Shown piece by piece: positions 47,405 to 58,054 of a stretch of DNA of 64,000 nucleotides (its first letter is position 1; each line of letters starts with the position of its first letter). Origin of the DNA: an uncultured Chloroflexia bacterium. Lineage in GTDB: Bacteria > Chloroflexota > Anaerolineae > CG2-30-64-16. Below the pieces are notes generated by a model that saw nothing but the letters and a program-made list of their open reading frames with translations, had not been told where the DNA came from and ran no database searches. Both the position numbers and the translations under genes were made by a program. The stretch is taken from the NCBI GenBank assembly GCA_963800615.1, contig CAWDBO010000037.1, forward strand, positions 1,152 through 65,151, in the 5' to 3' direction.

Positions 47405-50095
47405 ATGGCCATTCCCAATCAGCCCGTCAGCGTTATCCTGACGCACGAGCACACCGATTTCGATGCGCTGGCGAGCATGCTGGCCGCCGCCCGCCTCTAT
47501 CCCCACGCGACCCCCGTCCTGCCGCGCCAGATGAACCGCAACCTCGAGGCGTTTCTCGCCGAGTACGCGGAGATGCTGCCGTTCGTCCGTCTCGAGGACC
47601 TGCCCAAGCGGCGCATCGACCAGGTGATCCTGGTGGACACCCAGAGCGTCCAGCCGATCCGTGGCATGAGCCCCCAGACCGCCATCCAGATCATCGACCA
47701 TCATCCGCTCGCGCGCGAGCTATCGTCCAACTGGTCCTACTCCGGCGAGGTGGTCGGCGCAACCTCAACGCTCGCTCGTCGAGCGCTTGGCCGAGCAGGG
47801 GTTGGCCGTCACGCCCGTCGAGGCCACGCTGCTGATGCTGGGCATTTACGAGGACACGGGCGCGCTTGTCTACCAGACGACGACCGCCGCGCGACATGCG
47901 GGCCGCGGCCTGGCTGCTCGAACGCGGCGCCAACCTGCTGGTGGTGGATAAGTTCCTGAACCATCCGCTCACCGACGAGCAGCGCGACCTGTACCAGCAG
48001 CTTGGCCGACAACAGCCAGCCGTATCAGTTCAACGGCCATTCGGTCATCATCGCCAGCGCGCACGTCGCCAGGCCGGTCGACGAGATTTCGACGCTGGCG
48101 CACAAGCTGCGCGACCTCTACGAGCCCGATGCGCTTGTTTATTCTCGTCGAGATGGGCGACTATATCCAGATGGTCGCGCGCTCGAGCAGCGAGGCGGTT
48201 GACGTCGGCAAGATCGCCGCGGCTTTCGGCGGCGGCGGCCACAGCCGCGCCGCCGCCGCGCTCGATTCGCGAGACCCCGCTTTGGGGCGTCTACGAGTCG
48301 CTCGTCTATCACCTGCAGAGCTCGATCCGGCCCAGCGTCACCGTCGGCCAGATCATGTCTTACGGCGCGCCCCAGACGCTCGCGCCGACCGACACGATTG
48401 CCGATGCGGCCGAGCGTATGCGGCGCTACGGCTTCGAGGGCTTCCCCGTGGTCGAAGACGGCCGGATCGTCGGCATGCTGACGCGTCGCGAGATCGACCG
48501 CGCGCTGCACCACGGGCTCGACAGAGCACCCGGTGAGCCGCTACATGCGCACCGGCGAGGTCTTCGTAACGCCCGACGACCCGGTGAGCGAGCTCCGCAG
48601 GGTGATGACCGAGCACGACTGGGGCCAGGTGCCGGTGCTCGATCCGGACACCGGCGCGCTCCTCGGGCATCGTCACCCGCACCGACCTGATCAAGCAGTG
48701 GGCCGCGCCCACCGTTCAGCGCGCCGAGTCGCTGGCCGGCCTGATGGCCGAAACGCTGCCCGCCAGCGCTGCTCGACCTGCTGAAGCAGGCGGGCGCGGC
48801 CGCGCACGAGCTCGGCTACCCGCTTTACGCCGTCGGCGGTTTCGTGCGCGACCTCTTGCTGGCCCAGCCCAACTTCGACGTCGACCTCGTCGTCGAGGGT
48901 GACGCGCATCCGGCTGACCCAGGAGCTGGTGCGCCGGCTGGGCGGCCGCCTGCGCAGCCACCGGCGCTTCGGCACCGCCAAATGGATCCTGCCCGAGGAG
49001 CTGCTGGCGCAGGCGGACCGGCCTGCCCGATTCGCTCGATTTCGTCACCGCCCGAACCGAGTTCTACGAGCATCCGACCGCGCTGCCGACGGTCGAGCGG
49101 AGCAGCATCAAGCAGGACCTGCACCGCCGGGATTTCACGATCAACACGCTGGCCGTCCGTCTGACCCCCGATCGCTGGGGCGAGTTGCTGGATTTCTACG
49201 GCGGCCGCAAGGATCTGGACGACGGGATCATCCGGGTTCTTCACAGCCTGAGCTTCGTGGAGGACCCGACGCGCATGCTGCGCGCGGCTCGGTTCGAGCA
49301 GCGCTTTGGGTTCGAGATCGAGCGGCGCACCGAGGAGCTGATCGCCGACGCGCTCGGCACTGCTCGACCGGGTCAGCCCCGAGCGCATCCGGCACGAGAT
49401 TGGAGCTGATCCTGGCCGAGGCCGAGCCCGAGCGCGTCGCTGTGCCGCCTGCAGGCGCTGGGCGTCCTCCAGAAGCTGCATCCCGCGCTTCGCTGCGACG
49501 CCTGGTTCGCCGACAAGGCGGCCGAGCTGCGGATTGCGCTGACCGCGGTCGCCAGCCCGAGAGCGTGTCACCGCCGCCTATGTCGCTCGGCCCGGACGCG
49601 GCGCCGCCGCTCTACCTTGCGCTGCTGCTGTACAATCTTGCGCAGAGCGACGCGGTCGAGGTGCTGGACCGGTTTCACGTCCGCAAGGCGTATCGCGACC
49701 TCGGTGCTCGAAGTGCGGCAGCTTGGCGGCAAGTTGGAGGCGCTGAAGCAGAACAGCGCGCGTCCGAGCGAGATCGTGGTCGATCCTTGACGAGTCCAGC
49801 GAGTGCGGCGCGCCTCGTGCTGCGCGTGGCGTCCGACGACTGGCTGGTCCGCCAGCGGCTGGACAGCTACCAGCGGCGCTGGCGCCACATCCAGCCTGAG
49901 CTGACCGGCGACGATCTGCGCGCGATGGGCCTGCCGCCCGGCCGCGTCTACCGCCAGATCCTCGAGCACCTGCGGGCCGGCCGCCTCGACGGCACTCCTG
50001 CACACCCGCGCCGACGAAGAGCTCATCGCCAGCGCGATCGCCCTCGCCGAGCAGGCCACGAGCGTCGCAATCGGAAGCGCGTCCCCACGGGTTGA
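47405..50095 (+). CDS. DHH/DHHA1 - CBS pair - poly(A) polymerase/CCA-adding nucleotidyltransferase fusion protein, about 10 frameshifts
   Basis: THEHTDFDALASM and IIDHH (DHH); GGGGHSRAAAA (DHHA1); two CBS motifs (FPVVEDGRIVGMLTRREI; VPVLDPDTGALLG.VTRTDL). Head domain YAVGGFVRDLLL, DLVVEGDA, RRDFTINTLAV, plus a tRNA-NT C-terminal region. The end is approximate. Confidence 0.7.
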
Positions 50096-50100
50096 TCCGA

Positions 50101-50127
50101 GTGGCGCAAGTTGCCAACTTGCGCCAC
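50101..50127 (+). terminator. perfect 12-bp hairpin after the nucleotidyltransferase gene (no U-tract)
   Basis: GTGGCGCAAGTT-gcc-AACTTGCGCCAC. Confidence 0.4.
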
Positions 50128-50217
50128 GATCTTCCGCTGGCCCGGAATTGCAGGCTGAGCGGAGGCCGGCGTGTAGTGACGCCGTCCGCAGTCAGCATCG
50201 CCCTTACGACACGATCC

Positions 50218-50247
50218 TTGGCCGGCCCCCTCCCTTTGTGCTATACT
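50218..50247 (+). promoter_or_regulatory. promoter with extended -10
   Basis: TTGGCC, 18-nt spacer, TGcTATACT; the GGGAGG RBS and the ATG at 50294 follow. Confidence 0.5.
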
Positions 50248-50293
50248 CCCCGCCGAACGTGTCCGACTGGCGCCAAAGGGAGGTATACAGCGC

Positions 50294-51015
50294 ATGGGCC
50301 ATCGCACCCTTATCGCTCGCCCTGGTGTTCCGGGCGCTTTTCCTCGACAGCGAAGCGTTCGACGAGCTGCCGCGACGACGACAATCCCTTCGTCGAGGGC
50401 CTGTTCCTGCTCGTCCTCATCGGCCTCATCACGGCCGCGCTGGCGCTGGTCGGCCAGGTGCTCGCGTGGGGCAGCGTCCCACGCATGGATGCGATTCGCG
50501 ACGTGGTATTGACAGCGCTGCAGCAGCAGCCCTGGTGGCCGGCCCTGGCGAGCAACCCCCAGGCGCTCGGCGTCTTCCAGCGGATCTGGGATCTCGCGCT
50601 GGCGCCTGTTCCCCGCTTGTTCGGCGCACCTGACCCAGCCCGGGCCGCGCTCAACCTGCTGCTCTGGCCGATCTGGCTGGTCTCGAGCTGGCTGCATCTA
50701 CACGCTCGCTGGCCCACGGTTTGCCCGCTGCGCTGGGCGGCCGCGGCAGCTTCCGCGGCGCGCTCGGCACGGCGGCGCTTTCGTTCACGCCGTTCCTGCT
50801 CCACGGCTGAGCCATCGTGCCGTTCCTGGTCTTCGGCGGCGTGCTCAACACCTGGCAGTTGATTCTCCGGTACAAGGCCGTGCGCTCCGCGCATGGCTTG
50901 TCCTGGGGCCGCTCGGTCGCTCGCGACCTTCTGCCATATCTCGTCTACTTGGTCGTCTGGCTCGTCGTCGGGCGTGCTGCTTGCCGTTCTTGTGGCCGCC
51001 ATCGTGGGGAGGTGA
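50294..51015 (+). CDS. Yip1-domain-like polytopic membrane protein, several frameshifts
   Basis: ALVFRALFLDSEAFDEL..DDNPFVEGLFLLVLIGLITAALALVG, followed by further TM segments in other frames. Boundaries are approximate. Confidence 0.4.
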
Positions 51016-51034
51016 GCGATGAAGACCTGGTTGC

Positions 51035-51820
51035 GTGACTCTCCTCGATGCGCTGCTTCTGCGTGGGGCAACCCTCGGCGCGTATCGCCGACCGGCCCGA
51101 TGCGTTCCTGCAGGGCCTGATCGTGCTCGTGGCCGTCGCGCTGTTCGCCGGGCTGCCCGTCGCTGGTCAAGGACGTCATCGGCGGGTTTCAGCCGCCCGC
51201 GGTGGTCGAACCCGGCGAGGCCGGCCCGGATGTGAGCCGCGCTCTCGACGATGGCTCCGACCCTGGCTGCGCAACGCCGGGGTGCCCGAGGCCATCATCG
51301 ATCAGGTGCTGCAGATGGCCGAGGGCAACGCGGCGATCGCGGACCGGTCGCGGCGCAGATCAGCAACTGCCCGCCGCCTTGCCGCGGCCGCTGGCGCAGG
51401 CTTTCATCGGCGATCGGCCATTGGCTCTCGCGCCCGTTCGCCAGCAGCCCGCTTCCGCTGGCCGCGGCAACGCTGAGCACCTGGCTGGGCTACGGCATGT
51501 GGGTGATGCTCGCAGCCAAGCTCCTCGGGGGCCGCGGCACCCTGCACGGCTTCTTCGGCGCGACGGCTTTCTTCGCGGTCCCGCACGTCCTGGACATCTT
51601 CGCAGCGTGCCCGTGCCGGCCCGATCCTGGCCGTCGTCGCGTTCCTTTGGGGGCTGGTGATCTATGTCGTCGCGACAGGCGCCAGCCACCGGCTGTCGGG
51701 CGCCCGCGCGTTGGTCGCCGTCTTCGCGCCATTCATTCTGTTGCTGACGCTCGTGGCGCTGTCCTGCTGGCGCTGTCGTCTCTGGGGTTGCTCGCTGGCG
51801 ATCGGGGGTGCATGCGGTAG
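51035..51820 (+). CDS. second Yip1-domain-like membrane protein, several frameshifts
   Basis: MTLLDALLLRGATLGAYRRIADRPDAFLQGLIVLVAVALFAGLP (stitched), then LSTWLGYGMWVMLAAKLLGG and VIYVVATGASHRLSGARALVAVFAPFILL. Confidence 0.4.
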
Positions 51821-51825
51821 CGCCA

Positions 51826-53096
51826 TGACGGAGTTCCTCAACCTTCTCACGGGTGAGGCCGCATGGGCGGTCTTCACGGCGCAGTTCCGGCCGCAGGTGA
51901 GCTCCGAGCGCATCCGCGTCGCGGACGCGTTGCGCCGCGTGCTGCCGAGGACGCGACCGCGCCCCACGACCTCCCAACTTTCATTCGCAGCACGGTCGAC
52001 GGTTACGCCGTCTCCGCGGCCGACACGCACGGCGCGTCGGCGGCATGCCCGCCTACCTGGACGTGGTGGCGGAGGCGCCGATGGGCCAGTTGGTCGACTT
52101 CGTGCTGGCCCCGGGCAGGCCGCGCTCGTCCACACCGGGGGCATGGTGCCGCGCGGCGCGGATGCCGTCGTGATGATCGAGCAGACACACCGGGCGGGCG
52201 GGCCGATGTTCGGCGGGCAGGCGCTCCAGCCGGGTTTCGAGCCGTATGCGATCGAGGTCTACCGGCCCGTCGCTACCGGCGACGCGTGCATCTATCCCGG
52301 CGAGGACGTGCGGGCAGGCGACGTGGTGCTGGAAGCCGGTCACGACCTGCGCCCGCAGGATATCGGCGGGCTGCTGGCGGTCGGGATCACCGAGGTCCAG
52401 GTCGCGCGCCGGCCGCGCGTCGGCATCGTCAGCCAGGGGGACGAGGTGGTGCCGCCCGACCGGGAGCCAGGGCCCGGCCAGGTTCGCGACATCAACAGCT
52501 ACACGCTTGCCGGCCTGGTGGAGGAAGCCGGCGGCATCCCGCTCAACTACCCGATCGCGCCCGACACGGAGGCCGGGCTCGACGCGGTCGTGCAGCAGGC
52601 CTACCGGGAGGCGGATCTCGTGGTGGTCACCGCGGGAGTTCGGTCAGCTACCGCGACCTGACTGCGGGCGCGATCGGCAAGCTCGGGCAGCCGGGCGTGC
52701 TGGTCCACGGCGTCGCCATCCGCCCCGGCAAGCCCACGATCCTTGCGCTCTGCGACGGCAAGCCCGTTTTCGGCCTGCCCGGCAACCCCGTGTCGTGCAT
52801 CAACATCTTCAAGGTCTTCGTCGTCCCGACCATCCGCCTGATGCTCGGCGCGCGGCCCCCCCGCCAACACGTCGTGCGGCGCGCGCCTCGCCCGCAACAT
52901 CCCCGCCGCCAGCGGCCGCGCCGATTTCGTCCGTGTGCGCCTCGAGGAGCGCGAGGGCGAGACGTGGGCCGTGCCCGTCTTCGGCAAGTCCAACCTGATC
53001 TTTACGCTGGTGCGCTCGGAGGGGGTGGTAGAGGTCCCGCTCAACAGCAACGGCATTCCCGCGGGAGATACGGTAACCGTCATCCTCGATTCGTGA
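51826..53096 (+). CDS. moeA: molybdopterin molybdenumtransferase MoeA, at least 5 frameshifts
   Basis: DLPTFIRSTVDGYAV; VHTGGMVPRGADAVVMIE; GEDVRAGDVVLEAGHDLRPQDIGGLLAVGI; SQGDEVV; SYRDLT...GVAIRPGKPT; and the C-terminal barrel GKSNLIFTLVRSEGVVEVP. Confidence 0.85.
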
Positions 53097-53156
53097 GCAC
53101 ATCCCCGCATCCCCGCATCCCCGCACCTTCGTCTTGCGTGGAAGGGACGCGAAATA

Positions 53157-53187
53157 GACCTCCGAGGTTTGCGCAACCTCGGAGGTC
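53157..53187. repeat. P1 palindromic element (loop variant), preceded by ATCCCCGC x3
   Basis: GACCTCCGAGGTTtgcgcaAACCTCGGAGGTC; upstream lies catccccgcatccccgcatccccgc (53100-53125). Confidence 0.75.
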
Positions 53188-53289
53188 AGCTCGGGCGGGC
53201 AATCGGTGCAAGGCGCGGAAAAGCCGGGGCGGCAGGATGTCGGCCCCGGCTTGATTTCTGATAAGAGCCTGGATAACGCCGAGGGCGAG

Positions 53290-54072
53290 TTACTGGCCCT
53301 TGCTCCGGCGGTGATGCTCGATCGTCCGCTGGATCAGGTCCTCTTCCTCGTCTTCCTCAAATTCCCACGTGCGGGTCTTCTTCTTGCGATCCCGGCGCCG
53401 GGTGCCGTCTTCGCCCTGGGCCTGCTGGAACGCGGCCTCGAAGGGCGAGAGGAACTCCTCCTCGGGCACTGCGGGCACTTCTTCTCTGGGGCCTGGCGCC
53501 CTGAGTCGGAGCCGCCATCATTTCGGCCTCGGGAGCCGGCGGAAGCAGCTCTTTGATGCTCAGGTCGATGCGACCGCGGCGGCGATCCAGCCCGATCACC
53601 TGCACGTCGATCTCATCGCCGATATGGACGACGTCTTCCGGCTTCTCGACGTAGCCCCGGCCCATTTCTTTGACGTGGAGCATGCCATCGCGGCCAACCC
53701 CGATGTCAACGAATGCGCCGTAGCGCTCCAGGCGTGTGACACTTGACCGCGGACGGTTGACCCTTCCTCCAGGTCGCGCAACGTCATCGTCCCCGGCTGG
53801 ACCATGCTCAGGCTGATCCGGTTCTTCTCCCGGTCCAGCTCCTTGATCCACACCTGGACCTTGTCGCCCTCCTTGACCACGTCGGACGGCTTAGAGACCC
53901 GGCCCTGAGCCATCTCAGACACATGGACGAGACCATCACGGCCTACGCCAATGTCGATGAACGCACCGAACTCGGTGACGCGCTTGACGACTCCCTCGAC
54001 TTCCTGACCCACTGCAAGTGTCTTGACGACCTTACGAGGCGGAATATTGAGGGCGCTTCCTTCCTGCCCCAC
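53290..54072 (-). CDS. S1 RNA-binding domain protein (two S1 domains, basic/acidic tail), 2-3 frameshifts
   Basis: GTG start after a TAAGGAG RBS. GQEVEGVVKRVTEFGAFIDIGVGRDGLVHVSEM and TRLERYGAFVDIGVGRDGMLHVKEM; the tail reads RRRDRKKKTRTWEFEEDEEEDL. Confidence 0.7.
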
Positions 54073-54130
54073 GATGTCCCTGCTCCTTAGAGGATAAAAA
54101 CTCGCGCGGCCTGCCAGCCGCCGATTGGCT

Positions 54131-54159
54131 ATTATACTAGGCTTGCAATACCGTGTCAA
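54131..54159 (-). promoter_or_regulatory. perfect consensus promoter for the S1-domain gene
   Basis: TTGACA (54159-54154), 17-nt spacer, TATAAT (54136-54131). Confidence 0.7.
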
Positions 54160-54286
54160 AAGCCATGCACACCGTCAAACGTGTCGCCGGGGTAAGCGAT
54201 TCGGCTACTTTTGCTTCTGATTCCGCGTTCCTCTCCCCTCCGTTATAATAGGCGCACGTGCATCATGCACGGAGGAGCACTGCCGT

Positions 54287-54510
54287 ATGACCGAGCAAGA
54301 GGCACTGGACTCGTCAGGAAGTTCCTGAAGGCGAAAGACGACGACGAGTTGATGCAGCTCGTCAGCCTCCACCTGTCCTCGCTCGACGGGGTGTTCTTCA
54401 GCACGGCGGACGCGGCCGTGCGGCAGTTGGAACGAGACGGCAAGACGGGCGCGGCGAACGCCCTACGCGGGCTGACCGACCGCATGTTACGGATGAAGAC
54501 GCTGATCTGA
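54287..54510 (+). CDS. small hypothetical protein, probable frameshift near 54305
   Basis: GGAGGAG RBS and ATG at 54287 (MTEQEALD...), continuing in the frame of ORF 54211..54510 (LVRKFLKAKDDDELMQLVSLHLSSLDG...). A TATAAT lies at 54244-54249. Confidence 0.35.
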
Positions 54511-54512
54511 TT

Positions 54513-54821
54513 ATGAGCGAACAAGTCAAACTTCTGCTGGCCTACAACATCAAGCCCGGCCACGAGAACGCCTACCGGCGCTTCGTGCTCGAGGAGTTCC
54601 TGCCGAAGGCGCAGGAGCTCGGCCTCACGCCAACCGACGCCTGGCACACCGCCTACGGCGCCTACCCCGCCCGCCTCATCGGCTTTGTCGCCGACGACCT
54701 CCACTCCATCCACCGCGCCATGGACACCGACGAGTGGAAGTCGATGATGAAGCGGCTGGAGGGCTACGCCGGCCCCGTCTCGCGCCGCGTCCTCCCCTTC
54801 AAGGGCGGCTTCCAATGGTAG
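54513..54821 (+). CDS. hypothetical protein
   Basis: Intact 102-aa ORF starting 3 nt after the previous stop. The composition is protein-like, but no family was recognised with confidence. Confidence 0.5.
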   Translation: MSEQVKLLLAYNIKPGHENAYRRFVLEEFLPKAQELGLTPTDAWHTAYGAYPARLIGFVADDLHSIHRAMDTDEWKSMMKRLEGYAGPVSRRVLPFKGGFQW

Positions 54822-54836
54822 ACTGAGACCAACGGT

Positions 54837-54912
54837 CACCACCAGGGCACAAAGAACCGAAGGCCCACAAAGGAGACTTTGTGAACCTTCGGTTCTTTGT
54901 GCCTTGGTGGTG
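54837..54912. repeat. word-hairpin repeat (family P3), about 34-bp stem
   Basis: CACCACCAGGGCACAAAGAACCGAAGGcCCACAAAG-gaga-CTTTGTGaACCTTCGGTTCTTTGTGCCTTGGTGGTG. Confidence 0.8.
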
Positions 54913-54921
54913 GGTTCAGCC

Positions 54922-55926
54922 TTACTTCCGCAAGGCCTCGGCAAACGCCCCGCGAACTCCGCCGGATCCCCCACCACGTTGTAATCCGCAAACGGCACGA
55001 TCGGCGCGCCCGCATCCGCCTGCGCCGCCACCACGCACCCCGCGTCCGCGATCCCCATCATGAAGTTGGTGTCCCCGTCCACCCCCAGACGCGATGCACA
55101 GCTTCGGCTTGATCGTGAACCCGGTCATCCCCACCAGCGCTTCTTCCGTGATCCAGCCCGCATCGAGCGCGGTCACGTCGCCTGCAACCACCCCGCCCAG
55201 CGCCTCGGCCAGTTCCTGCGCCGCCGCGAACCCGGCCTCGTCGCCCAGGCCCTGCCCGGTCACCACCACGGTCTCCGCGGTCGTCAGCGTCAGCGGCTTT
55301 GGCGCCAGCTCCACCATCTCGTGCATGGCCGGCTCTGCCCAGGCCAGCCCCGTGTCGCTGACCTCCCCCTGCCGCCACGTCTCCTTAAAGGCCGGCGGGC
55401 AGCAGCGATGTCTCCACCAGCACCACCGCCGGCGTGCCGAGCAGAGCCGCACCTGCACCCGCGCCGCGTCCTCCATCACCGGCTGGTGCGCCACGATCCG
55501 CTGGTAGACCGCGTCGAATGCGACGTCGGCCGCATATCGGCTCAGGCTGCCGCCTAGCATCTGCGCCAGGCCCGGCCCCAGGTTGCGGCCCAGCTGCGTC
55601 CGGGGCAGCAGGATCGCCTGCGGCTGCCGCTCGCGGAAGTACTCCGCCAGGTCGCTGACCGACGGCGTGCCGGCTGCGGTCAGCACCTTGTCGCCGCCCG
55701 CATGAATGGCCGCTTGCGTGTCCGCGCCCGTGGCGCCGCACCCCGCCAGCACGTAGACATAACCACCGAGAGCATCCGCCACGACCCGGCCTTTGCCGAT
55801 CAGCCGCAGCATCCCGTCGTCGATCGTCCCATCCGGCGTCACGACCCACACGCCGCCCGTCTCGCCCGTCGGCTCCTCGTATGATCCGCCCATCAAGGCC
55901 TGGAGATCGGAAAGATCAAAGCCCAT
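54922..55926 (-). CDS. etfA: electron transfer flavoprotein alpha subunit paralog, at least 3 frameshifts
   Basis: AAGGAG RBS. VVVTGQGLG, GGVVAGDVTALDAGW, GMTGFTIKPKLCIA.GVDGDTNFMMG (stitched). Confidence 0.75.
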   Translation of the reverse strand: MGFDLSDLQALMGGSYEEPTGETGGVWVVTPDGTIDDGMLRLIGKGRVVADALGGYVYVLAGCGATGADTQAAIHAGGDKVLTAAGTPSVSDLAEYFRERQPQAILLPRTQLGRNLGPGLAQMLGGSLSRYAADVAFDAVYQRIVAHQPVMEDAARVQVRLCSARRRWCWWRHRCCPPAFKETWRQGEVSDTGLAWAEPAMHEMVELAPKPLTLTTAETVVVTGQGLGDEAGFAAAQELAEALGGVVAGDVTALDAGWITEEALVGMTGFTIKPKLCIASGGGRGHQLHDGDRGRGVRGGGAGGCGRADRAVCGLQRGGGSGGVRGAFAEALRK

Positions 55927-55942
55927 AGCTTATCTCCTTAGG

Positions 55943-56737
55943 CTACCGCTTCCCGAGCCCTGGCTCGGGAAGCGCCCGTTTCGCTGCCAGGATGCCCGCC
56001 AGCTCGACTGCAGCCTCAGCCGGCGCGCCGCTCAGGACCTGCCCCCGTTGGCGTTCCGGTCCGAGCACGAGGCTCCCCATCTCCGCGTCCGGCGCCAGCT
56101 CCTCTTCGGCCACGCCCAGCTCCGCGGCCGGCCACGTCTCGACAAAGCCCTCATTCCACGCCACCGCGATCCGCGAGGGGTGCGGGTAGCGCGGCCGCTC
56201 GGGCCCGGCCATGACCATGGCGACCGCGGGCAGCGCGACCGGCACGCGCACCGCGCCCCCATCGCGCGCCGAGATCGCCTGCAGCCCGTCCGCGCCGTCC
56301 TCGAACGCCAACACGTCCATCAGCAGCGGCCTGTCGAGCGCGGCGGCCAGCCGGCCCGCCAGCGGTCCCACGGCATCCAGGTCGCCCGACCGGCCTGCCA
56401 GGATCAGGTCCGCGCCGCCCAGCCGTTCGAGAGCGGCCTGCGTCAGTGCGGTCACGCCCCTGCCGGTCGGCTGCCCCTTCTGCACGATCAGGACGCCCTT
56501 GTCCGCGCCCATGGCCACGGCCTCGCGGGCCGTGTCTTCCGCGCCCCGGCCGCCCACCACCACGGCAATCACCTCGGCGCCCACCGCATCCTTGAGCCGG
56601 AGCGCCGCCTCCAGCGCGTACTTGTCTTCGGGCAGCGTCCGCATCCGCGCCTCGCGCAGGTCCAACTCTTCGCGGCTGCGCGAGATTTTCACGCTCTGCG
56701 GGTCAAGCCCCTGTTTCATGCACACCACGATTCGCAT
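55943..56737 (-). CDS. etfB: electron transfer flavoprotein beta subunit paralog
   Basis: Intact 264 aa: MRIVVCMKQ, EDKYALEAALRL, LILAGRSGD. GAGGAGG RBS. Confidence 0.8.
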   Translation of the reverse strand: MRIVVCMKQGLDPQSVKISRSREELDLREARMRTLPEDKYALEAALRLKDAVGAEVIAVVVGGRGAEDTAREAVAMGADKGVLIVQKGQPTGRGVTALTQAALERLGGADLILAGRSGDLDAVGPLAGRLAAALDRPLLMDVLAFEDGADGLQAISARDGGAVRVPVALPAVAMVMAGPERPRYPHPSRIAVAWNEGFVETWPAAELGVAEEELAPDAEMGSLVLGPERQRGQVLSGAPAEAAVELAGILAAKRALPEPGLGKR

Positions 56738-56770
56738 GTTTCCTCCTCACCCAGACCTCCCAGGCGTCCA

Positions 56771-56801
56771 GACCTCCGAGGTTTCGTAAACCTCGGAGGT
56801 C
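56771..56801. repeat. P1 palindromic element (plus upstream half-copy at 56752-56760)
   Basis: GACCTCCGAGGTTTcgtAAACCTCGGAGGTC, between the acd stop and the etfB start. Confidence 0.8.
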
Positions 56802-56825
56802 TCCGGCATCCCGAAGACCCCCACC

Positions 56826-57994
56826 TTACGGCCGCACCCGCACGCCATACGGCCGGAGCATCTGCTCCGCGATGACGATGCGCTGCACCTCATTGGTGCC
56901 CTCGAAGATCTCCGCGATGCGCGCATCGCGCCACGCCCGCTCGATCCAGAAATCACGGCTGTAGCCGAGCGCGCCATGGACCTGCAAGGCCCGGTTGATC
57001 GCCCGCGACGCGACCTCCGACCCGAAGAGCTTGCAGATGCCCGCCTCCTTCGTGTACGGCTGGTCCGTGTCGACCATCCACGCGGTGCGGTAGACCATCG
57101 AACGGAGCGCCTCGACCTCCGCCGCGGTGTCCGCGATCATCCACTGGATCATCTGCTTCTGCCCGATCGGCTTGCCGAACTGCTCGCGGCCCGCTGCGTA
57201 CCGGCACATGCTGTCCAGCGCGACCTCTGCCCCGCCCAGGCAGGCCGCACCCAGGCCCAGCCGGCCCGTGTCCAGCGTCGCCATGAACGTCACAAACCCC
57301 GCGCCCACCTGTCCCAGCACGTTGGCCGACGGCACCACCACCTCGTCGAACACCATCTCCGACGTCGCGCTGCCGCGGATGCCCATCTTGTGCTCGATCG
57401 TTCCGACCGACACGCCCTCCATAGCCCTTCTCCACGATGAAGGCGGTCACACCGCCGCGCACGCCCAGGCTCGGGTCGGTGACCGCGAGCACGGTGAACA
57501 CGTCGGCGATCGGGCCGTTGGTGATGTAAATCTTGTTGCCGCTGATGACCCAGTTGCTGCCGTCCTTGACCGCCCGCGTCTTGATCGCCGCCGCATCGGA
57601 CCCTGCGCCCGGCTCCGTGAGGCAGAACGCCGCGATCTTCCGGCCGTTACACAGGTCGGGCAAATACTTCTTCTTCTGCTCCTCGTTGCCCGCCGAGGTA
57701 CAGCGCCATGACGCCGATGCCGATATGCGCGCCGATCAGGGTCGCGGTGGAGGTGCACACGCCGCCCATCGTCTCCATCAGCAGGCAGTAGCCGAGCTCG
57801 CCCAGGCCGCCGCCGCCGTACTTGGTCGGGAATGGCACGCCGAGCAGCCCGTTCTCGCCCAGCTTGCGGATGACCTCCATGTCCGGCCAGCCCTGCGCGT
57901 CCACCTGCTTCGCCTTCGGCGCCACCTCGCACTCCGCGAACTCGCGCAGCGTCTCCTTGAAGAGCTGTAGATTCTTCGGAAGCGTAAAATCCAT
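56826..57994 (-). CDS. acyl-CoA dehydrogenase, two frameshifts
   Basis: MDFTLPKNLQLFKETLREFA; CLTEPGAGSDAAA; YITNGP; and the C-terminal GALGYSRDFWIERAWRDARIAEIFEGTNEVQR. GGAGG RBS before the second ATG. Confidence 0.9.
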
Positions 57995-58015
57995 TCTTCC
58001 CTCCATGACACGCCA

Positions 58016-58048
58016 AGAAACCAGGTTTCTGCCGGAAACCTGGTTTCT
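58016..58048. repeat. P2 element: two adjacent 15-bp palindromes
   Basis: AGAAACCAGGTTTCTgccgGAAACCTGGTTTCT, in the 48-nt spacer between the two acd genes. Confidence 0.8.
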
Positions 58049-58054
58049 TATTTG

